Shown piece by piece: positions 55,155-64,000 of a stretch of 64,000 nt of DNA. Both the position numbers and the translations under genes were made by a program. The notes beneath the pieces were generated by a model. It was not told where the DNA came from. It searched no databases and saw only the letters and a program-made list of their open reading frames with translations. The DNA comes from Novakomyces olei (lineage: Eukaryota). Positions within the stretch are counted from its first letter, which is position 1, and each line of letters starts with the position of its first letter. The stretch lies in assembly GCA_016906335.1 (NCBI GenBank), contig JADEYG010000012.1, positions 620,001 through 684,000 of the forward strand, in the 5' to 3' direction.

Positions 55155-57274
55155 ATGAGCCAAAGAATAGGCGGCAGCTTTCTGCGAGCCCAATGCTCGG
55201 CAATGGCAAGGGCAAGGGCAAGGGCAAAGGCACGAATTGGGTTCCGTGTTGGTTCGCCAGTTCGGTCCTTTACTTCCAAGCAAGTCCGTCCCTCACCGAT
55301 GGACGCGGTGGGTCCAGGTTCCGGCTCCAAATCGACGGGCTCAAACCCGACAGGCGGCCGAGCCGGACGCCGTCTTGTCCCCCTGTCGACAGTCTTCCTC
55401 ACGTGCACTTTGGCTGGGTTTGGTATGTACCTCTTTGGCCTGGCCAAAGGAGCAGAGAAAGCGGCTGATCCTCGATCAATTGCGCCCCTGCGTGACGCAG
55501 ACGAGGCAAAGAAATCGTACGGAGGCAAAGAGGAGGTGCACAAGGTATACAATGAGCTGAAAAAGATTCTGGGCGAGGATGGAATATCGATGGACCAGGA
55601 CGTTTTGGATATGCATGGGTTTAGTGATTGGTCGAGCTACGATGTACGCCAAAACCCTATTGCTGTCGCTTTTCCCAGCACGACGGAGCAGGTAGTAAAA
55701 CTTGCAAAGCTGTGCCACGAGCATCATATCCCTATTGTTCCCTACTCTGGCGGCACTTCTCTCGAAGGCCATTTCAATGCTACGAATGGCGGAATTTGCC
55801 TCGATTTCATGAATATGGACCAGATAGTGGCCGTGCACGAGCATGACTTGGATGCGGTTGTGCAGCCGGGCGTAGGCTGGCAAGATTTGAATATAGCACT
55901 CGAGCCAAAGGGACTGTTTTTCGCTCCTGATCCTGGTCCTGGTGCAAAAATTGGTGGAATGATTGGTACCGGGTGCAGGTAAGATTGTTAATAATTGGAA
56001 GACTGTGCTTTTTTATTTTTTTTTATTTTTTTATGTTGCTGACTTTATAGTGGAACAAACGCTGCTCACTACGGTACTATGCGAGAAAATGTGATCAATG
56101 TTACCGCCGTATTGGCAGATGGTACTGTTGTTAAAACTCGCCGCCGTCCTCGTAAATCAAGTGCCGGTTACGATCTGACGCGTCTTTTCATTGGTAGTGA
56201 GGGCACTCTTGGAATAATTACGGAAATCACGGTTAAATTGAATGTTGTTCCTAAAGTAAACTCGGTCGCTTCCTGCCATTTTCCGACTATCAGGGTAAGT
56301 TGAGCTTTACTCAATTTGGGTATAATAGGGTTCTAAGACTTATGTAAAAGGACGCGGCGAAAACTGTTTCTGAAGTTATTGGACTCGGTACTCCTATTGC
56401 AGCTATAGAAATTCTCGATGATCAGCAAATGAAAATTATCAACAAAAACAACGAAACCGGTCGCGTTTGGGCGGAACGTCCGACACTGTTTTTCAAGTAT
56501 GCCAGAAAATAAAGAGATGTTGTGCTAATATTCAAGGTTTGCCGGTACCGATGGATCCGTTAGCGAAACTGCTAAAGCTGTTAAACGTATTTCCACCAAA
56601 TTCTATGGTGAGGGATTTGAGTTTGCAAAGAACAAGGAGGACGCGGATAATATTTGGGCTGCTCGTAAAACTGCATTTTGGAGTTTCTTAACGCTCAGAT
56701 CTGATGATCAAGCTGTTTGGACGACAGATGTTGCCGTGCCATTGAGCAGACTGCCAGACCTTATTGAAACAAGCAAAGAAGATCTCGAGAATTCTCATTT
56801 GACCTATAGCATCTTGTCACACGCAGGAGACGGAAATTTCCATAATCTCTTGCTATACAAGAAGGACGATCCTGAAGAGAACAAAAAGGCACATGAGTTG
56901 GTTCATCGTCTGATCAGACGCGCAATCGAGATGGATGGAACTGGTAAACAGCTAAATAAGAAAGTAAATAACTTGCTAATACATTAGTCACGGGTGAACA
57001 CGGAGTTGGCCTTGTCAAGAGACATTATTTGCTAGAAGAACTTGGACCAGATACCGTTGGATTGATGAGAAAGATTAAAGTTGCGCTGGACCCGTATGAC
57101 ATATTGAATCCAGGTATGATTGGCTCTCTTTTGTTTTATATTTTACATGTCGTCTACGTGTTTGCATCCGAATTGTTATAAAATCTTTTTAGTATTTACA
57201 TTATATGATTTCGTCTGTATAAAATTCTAACATTATCAGGACACGTGCTCCCGGACAAGCAGACGACCGAGTAA
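55155..57274 (+). CDS. DLD1: Mitochondrial D-lactate dehydrogenase (cytochrome), 5 introns
   Basis: PYSGGTSLEGH, PDPGPGAKIGGMIGTGC|SGTNA, RPRKSSAGYDLTRLFIGSEGTLG, HAGDGNFH, T|VTGEHGVG, ILNP|G. Confidence 0.93.
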
Positions 57275-57324
57275 TTGAGTGTGAAGTGTGATATCGTGTT
57301 AGTGTATAATACAAAATTAGTGAA

Positions 57325-58593
57325 CTAGAATTTAATTTTTTGACCTTGAAATTGGACAGGCGCTATAGCCTGGTTCTTCCGTGCTTGCCAAGATGGATGT
57401 AAAGGACCGGACGACTCTTGAGTTTTTGGTTTCTTTGTTTTTGGTTGGCTGCTTGCATCATCTTCATTTGCTTGCCTTTTCTCCTCTTGCCGATTACGTC
57501 TAGCAAGCCTCTTTTGCAACTGTTCCTCTCTCTGCTTCTGTTCTAGATCCTTTTGGCGTTGAATATGAGTCGCCTTTTTTCCATATTTTTGTTCCCATAT
57601 TGCCTGCCTCGCACGCTGACCTCGACGATTTTTGCGCTCCTTCTTTTGGAGCTGCTTAAATTCTTTGTCGGCCTTGGCATTCTCATCATCTGCACCCATC
57701 AAATAGCCATGGGACAATGAGGGCAGGAAAACGGATTCCTCAGTTTCAGAATCCTCATCATTCTTGAGTGAGTCTAATAAAGGCTGGCCTTGACCCCCGA
57801 TCGGCTGTAAAGCTATATTTGTAGATTTACTCGCTGGTAATTGACCGCCACTGGTAGAATCATCCTCAAAAATTTGGTCGTGTAATCCGTCATTAGTCTC
57901 CGTCCGATCTTTTAACGCTGCCGTTTTCCGTTCTTTCTTTGGCAGATTTGGCTTTGCATTATTCTCCACAATCTGTGAATCGTGATTATTCTTTGTGCCC
58001 ACGACCTGTTCCTGGCCGTTACCCTCGAATAGCATATACTTTTCCCTTAATCGTGATAAATGTTCTATCCTTTCATTAACGCAATCAATCACGATTGTAG
58101 CCTTCATTATTCGCGCCAGAACGTTGCGTGCCGCATTAGAGATCTGCTTAGTAGGGGACTTGAAATTTTTCCAGTCCTTGCCAGTTCTCTCGCTTATGAA
58201 ATGGCCCAGATCAGGATTTTTGGCCAACTTGCTCGCTATTAAATATTCACTAATAGCATCAAATTCTGATAGCGATCTCGCTTCAGCCGCCTCTGCATTT
58301 AAACGTTGAGTAAGCAGAGCTTCGTCAGGTGCTCCTCTAGAAATCCATTAGAGCTTTTACGTATATTTATCTTTGTACATACTTTGCGCGTTTGATGCGT
58401 CGCGGTAAACGCTGCAAATCAAAAGTTCGAGCTTTTCGAAGTGCCCGATTAATTTCCTGTTGAGCGGCATATATTTTTGCATTGAAGTCTAATGTTGCAT
58501 TTAGCTTCCGCCGTTTCGCCAACTTGGGATCGTCGATTGTCGTTTCCTGGTCTGTAAGCCTTGAGCCTTGAACCGTTCACATACCATAGACAT
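57325..58593 (-). CDS. BUD22: Bud22/SRFB1 ribosome biogenesis protein, 2 introns (9-nt first coding exon)
   Basis: ALRKARTFDLQRL, FLPSLSHGY, RKNRRGQRARQAIWEQKYG, LHPSWQA, FQGQKIKF*. Confidence 0.92.
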
Positions 58594-58899
58594 TGCAGCT
58601 GCAATTTATATTTATTGAGCATACGACTGGATTATGTATATTAAACAAAATTTATCGCAAGCAAATATTAAAAATAAAATAAAATAAAATAAAATAAAAT
58701 AAAATAAAATATTATAAAATATTATAAAATATTATAAAATAAAATAAAATAAAATAGAATGCAATATTTAATATATAATAAAGAATAAATTAAATATAAT
58801 AAAAAGTATGATAACAAAATATAGTATAATAAAAAAGTCTGAGTACAGCTAAAATAGTAATTATGACTGCATCAAGTTCACTACTCCGTACTATGCTTA

Positions 58900-61262
58900 A
58901 TGAAAGCATTGTGGTGTCGTAGTGCACTAAGCTGCCGCCGCCTTTCACTTTTCGTGGCTGCGTATCACAAAATGGTGTTTACGGAACAGAACCGTAAAGA
59001 TGTCGTTTGTATCGACAAATTGGCCTTACATGCAATTTGCGGCAAGGATGCTTGGTCAAACAAACGCGAACAGCCATTACAGCTCTCAGCCCAGATTCAC
59101 CAGCCTATCGCAATGGTGGCCGATGTAGATCAGCTTCGGTACAGTGTCCACTACGGTCTGGTAGCAAAAGGTTTACGGACTATGGTGGAATCCAAACAAC
59201 ACGGATTCGCCAGTGAAGTCGAACTATTGTCGGCATGTGCTACTAAAATCGCTAGCGATCATAAAGGATTGAAATCAAATATTTTGCTGTGCAAGCCAAA
59301 GGCAATTTTACAGGCATCGGGCTATTGTGCTGCCGCGGATTTTGGGGTCAATGGGACTCCAGTTGGGGTACTGGTCGAATCAGTGAGCGATTTGGAAGTG
59401 TTTGCTATTCTTGGTGTGAATCCGTGGGAGAGAACAGAGAAGCAAAAAGTCGTACTAAACATTTCTGCTGAGCGGAATTTTCGTGCCAGCCTTAGCGATA
59501 GTTTTGTCGATATTGCTAAAAGCTTGCAAACGGTAAGGGATAATAATTATTTGGGAAGAAAATCGTTACTGAGACGACTAGTATGTGGAAAGATCGTCCT
59601 TTCTAACTATCGAAAGTCTCGTGTCCCACATGGCAGATGAAGTTTTAAGGTACAGAAATATTTTACAAGTCACCGTACGGGCTAGTAAACCTTCAGCACT
59701 ACCATTTGCCCAGTTCTCGGCAGTGCAAATTACGAGGAGTTCGAGTTTTGCCCGTTTAAAAGAAAATTGGCGGCTAAAGAGCAAATCGGACAAGCACACT
59801 GGTTTTCTCGGTATTGGCAGCAATATGGGGGACAAATTTTCATGGTTCGAGAAGGCGATCGCTTTACTCGAAGAGAGAGATGTTAAGGTTGTGGATGTTG
59901 CGCCATTATACGAGTCTCGTCCCATGTATTTAGAGGACCAGGATCAATTTTTGAATTCTGCTTTGAAGGTACAGCTCCTATGATTTTTCATTATGCTCAC
60001 TTTGTTAAGATTGAAACTACATTGGGTCCCAGTGAGCTTCTCAAAGTTACACGCTCCGTGGAGAACGACTTGAAAAGGGTGAAGACTGTTGCGAATGGTC
60101 CTCGCAATATTGACATAGATATTATCTTTTACGATTCAATTGTTTTCGAGTCGACAGAACTACAAATACCCCATAGCAAAGTGCTTGAGAGAGAATTTGT
60201 TCTACGGCCGTTGAACTGGTACGTTCTTGCATACGCGTCTCTGATAAATTTGTTTGTTTTGTCATTACATGATTTATCTGTTTATTCAAAACTAATCGTA
60301 GCATCGGCGCTGATTACGTTAATCCGCTCTCGTCTTCAACAGTGCAAGCGCATCTGGATGAGTTTGACAAGTCCATTGCATCAGATGTGAACCTTTGCAT
60401 CCCCATCAGGGGCGCAGAACCACTAAACACGGCCAGACCATTAATCATGGGAATTGTCAATATGACACCAGATTCTTTCTCCGACGGTGGAAAACGAGAT
60501 TTGGAAAGAATCGTGCAGGATGTGAAGAGTATGGTTGCTGATGGTGCAGATATTATTGATATTGGTGGATACTCGACCCGGCCGAATGCTAGTACAGTGG
60601 AGGTACAAGATGAGATTGCCAGAGTCGTGCCGGCAATAATTAAAATTCGGCAAGCCGGGATTCGAGTACCGATTAGTGTAGACACTTTCCGAGCGCAAGT
60701 TGCCCGGGCAGCAATTGAAAGCGGTGCAAATATTATTAACGATGTCTCGGCTGGTGAATGGGACTCGAATATGTTTAAAGCAGCAGCAGAGTTGAACGTG
60801 CCTATATGCCTTATGCATACGCGCGGAGACCCTTCGAGTATGAATTCGCTGACACAGTATAACGACGTAGTTGAGGATGTGAGGGCCGAGCTTTCCTCTC
60901 GTGTAGACGCTGCTTTAAAGGCGGGTATTAAACGGTGGAACATCATTCTGGATCCCGGTCTCGGGTTTGCGAAAACGGGGCCACAAAATCTTGTCATTAT
61001 TAAAAGGCTGGCTAGTTTAACACGTAGCCACTCTGGCCATGGTATAGATATGTCCGGATTTCCATGGCTTTTGGGCCCGAGCAGGAAACGATTTACGGGT
61101 ACAGTTACCGGTGAATCAGCCGCGCAAGATCGTGTATGGGGGACTGCGGGTGCAGTGTTTGCCTGTCTTGACCAAGGGGCGCATATTGTGCGAGTCCACG
61201 ATGTGAAGGAAATGGCCAAAATGGCTAAAATGCAGCATGCCATCAAGGTGGCTAAGGGTTAG
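58900..61262 (+). CDS. FOL1: Trifunctional folate synthesis protein (DHNA x2, HPPK, DHPS), 3 introns
   Basis: LGVNPWERTEKQ (FolB), LGIGSNMGD and NGPRNIDIDI (HPPK), IMGIVNMTPDSFSDGG, GGYSTRP, DPGLGFAK, GPSRKRF, VRVHDV (DHPS). Confidence 0.96.
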
Positions 61263-61733
61263 GGTTGTATGAACCATCTAGCAGTCATTACCATCTGTAT
61301 AACAATCAGAGTTCTTTAGCATAGATATTAGACAAATTAAGAATCTAAGTGTCGTCAGTTAAACTCGCCCAGAATCGAGTGACTACAGGCATTTGGTCAA
61401 ATCTCTATCTCGATTGAGAGTAAAATTCAATTATCTATGCTTTTGTTGCTTTCAACTATTATCCTTTAATTATACAATTATTAATATTTTATTGTTTATT
61501 TTATTGTTAATATTACTTGATTTTTGAATGGTCAAAAACAAATATTAATGGTGAATAATAATATAACAGTGATTTATTAGGTGAACCTGCTGATTAGATA
61601 AGCCTACACTTTTTTGTCACGTGAAAGAGGTACTACTGCCGAGCGTATATGCAGAATGAATATATGCAGCTCACGGTTCCGAGTGTATAAATAATGCCAA
61701 AAGAACATTCAAAACAGCACCAAAGCTACTATC

Positions 61734-63427
61734 ATGGATGCAAGCCAGACTGCATCTCCAAGCACGCCTCCGCGTTCGACCGGCGATTTGGAGTCTTTAG
61801 TTTTGAAAAGGGCAGGCTCGCCTTTCCAAGGCCATGAAAAATCGCAAAAAATACCAAACTTGGATCAGTTTGTGTATAGTGGAAATGAGACGCCCATATC
61901 TATGCGCTTTGATCACACACAACCTGACTCCATGACAGTGGAGAGCCCGAGTATAAGATTGGCCCAGCCAAACATGAATAGTGCTATTTTGCTGTTTGAA
62001 GACAGCAAGGCCGAGCTCCAGCAAGAAAAAGCCGACTTGATGATGCCAAAAAATGCAGAGCGTTCGGCGAGTGAATACGCAAAAATAAGAATGGAACTAG
62101 GAAACCGCATGTTCCTGCTTTCAAAGTTCTTGAAAGAAATAAACAACAATTTTGTCCTGTGGCGACAGCAGGCGACAGAGTTTGAAGCTTCGATAGAAGA
62201 AATAAAATGCAATCAGCAAACACTCCGTTCAAGGTTGAGAGATACTACTGCTCAGCTTCGCAATCTTGCCGATCAGAAAGTATTAAATAGTGCGAAGAAA
62301 AAGTTTGGTGAGGAGTCATTTTCCGTATATATGTTGTCAAAGCTAATTGCAAAGATCATCAGGATTCTATATCTGTAGAGACTCAATCTGAAAAAGTATG
62401 CAAGTCGATACTTCTGCCACGCTAACAAACGTGAAGAATCCCGAAAAGTCACAATCGAAATGCGTAATCGATATGGAAAGTCACCTTTGCTATAAGGACA
62501 CGATTGAACGACGTTTTGCAGAACTCATAGACGAACAAGCGCAATCAAATACACAATTGCGCCAAATGTAAGGCAGCTGCTCAAAACAAATTGCGCTTAC
62601 CATTTGAAGAAACAGCGTTCTCCTTTCTCAAGCAAATGCCCATTCCGAAATCATCAAGCTTGCTGCGTCTGTGCAGGTAATTTATAAGGCTTTGCAGCCT
62701 ATAGTCTTCAAGTACGAAATGCATAGACCTAAACAAATATTTATTTGACAAACAGGCAATCATCTCAACAGACCGTATTTCAAAACCTGCCTGGGGCCGA
62801 CGTGAGCTGCCATCCTGCGCAATCTCATAATCAAGACAAGGGCATTGGATGCGAGGCTGACAAAGACATCAATTTCTGTATCAGAAAAGGCAGCGATCGG
62901 TAGTGCACCCTCATCCTTATGTCAAATTGTCTGAACTAAAATTGTAGAACTGAACCACAATATCTCAAACTGGAAAAGCTTTCCAATTTGGAAGCATCTT
63001 GCAATGAATCTTGTGCATTATCTTGCAAAGATGGCAATCAAATCGACGCCCTTACTCAGTCTCCAGCGGCTGAAAAGACCATGATAGGAAGCAGTCAAGC
63101 TACTGAAAGTGAATGGCTTCATAGTCAACCTGAAGATGACTATAAATCGCTTGATCATCATGAGTTGTTTCGCAATCTCAACCGCCAAGCTCAAGGAGAC
63201 GGCATTGAACGGGTATGAGCCCATTTAAGCTTTTCAAGGCGTGTGGTTCTATATGAATTATAAGTAACACATTATTTCAGGAGATCAAGGAAGACGGAAT
63301 TCTAGGCTTCAAATATTCTCTTCAATTAGAAGGCATTGAAGCACCCGAACCGATTGAAATTCCAAGCGGCACAAGCCAGTCGGACGCTGATGATACACAA
63401 ATTCAATGTAGCTCGCCCAAATACTAA
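61734..63427 (+). CDS. Orphan coiled-coil protein, ~8 exons
   Basis: Seven GT-AG introns join into one open frame ending ...QCSSPKY*. Exon 1 is S/T-P rich followed by heptad-like helices. Confidence 0.65.
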
Positions 63428-63779
63428 ACGCCGCTTAAAATTGAGGAGCAAAACGATGAAATGGTACCAGCGCGTCATAATACTGTATGTATCGATCCAA
63501 AACCCTGATTCATGGCTCTATTTACGCACAATACTGAAACTATGCAGACATTGTGGTTTGAGCAAATGAGTATAAATCTAGTTTTTAAAGAACTGACAGT
63601 AAAGACGGCCGAGCCAGTCAGTGTCAGCTCTCCAGTATTTTATCAGCAAAGCAAGTGGTCGTATTCTCCTTTGGCCACAAACATGTGTATCCAATTCAAC
63701 ATAATCATTTCGCCCAAGGTGCCTTTGTTCCTATCCAAGAGTAAGTCAAACAAAGTACACAATAATTTTTATCAAGTTT

Positions 63780-64000
63780 TCACGAACCTACTCCTGCAGG
63801 CGCAGGCATACTGGTTTCGGTTTTGGGTGCAACAGCAGGCGCAGATAGTGAATTATGATCATCCACTTGGGCCTTGACAAGATCCGGGCTCTGAGTAAAA
63901 GGGTAGAAAGTAGGCCCAAACAAGAAATGCTGTACCACAGGAAACTTTCCCAGTACCTCGGCGATGTACATTTTTTGCATTCCCTTAGAGTCAAAAAATT
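63780..64000 (-). CDS. RRD1: PP2A activator PTPA (Rrd1/Ypa1-like), C-terminal part; 3' end uncertain
   Basis: [23 protein letters not shown] is the conserved PTPA C-terminal motif. Confidence 0.85.
   Translation of the reverse strand, partial: FFDSKGMQKMYIAEVLGKFPVVQHFLFGPTFYPFTQSPDLVKAQVDDHNSLSAPAVAPKTETSMPAPAGVGS

Overview
Gene-dense, intron-containing eukaryotic DNA from an ascomycete fungus. Signals are short GT-AG introns with CTAAC/CTAAT branch points, about 28 protein-coding genes, and AT-rich low-complexity spacers. Most genes are conserved housekeeping genes: CHD1, RLI1, TRS65-like, ZRT1, RPL35, GOS1, ATP10, RPL9, NDUFB11, ORC1, KAP123, TRP4, RRP43, an FAD oxidoreductase, SPF30, PAP1/YAP1, NCR1/NPC1, PHO85, COX5, NOT4, NDUFS3, NMD3, MEU1, BTB1, ECD, DLD1, BUD22, FOL1 and RRD1. 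Fission-yeast-like traits (Homol D/E ribosomal protein promoter elements, a shortened RLI1 loop) occur together with complex I subunit genes. This suggests a Taphrinomycotina yeast near, but outside, Schizosaccharomyces (inference). Non-obvious items are an intron-encoded box C/D snoRNA in KAP123 (snR71-like guide), a stand-alone Pol X-type BRCT gene with no polymerase domain, an in-frame stop-free intron encoding a hydrophobic segment in the AP-1 factor, zinc-response-like motifs upstream of ZRT1, a dual-start FOL1, an 8-exon orphan coiled-coil gene, a GC-AG intron and several structured-RNA candidates. I saw no prokaryotic-type system, CRISPR array, tRNA, rRNA or transposon. Exon boundaries were read by eye, and family assignments come from recalled motifs rather than database searches.
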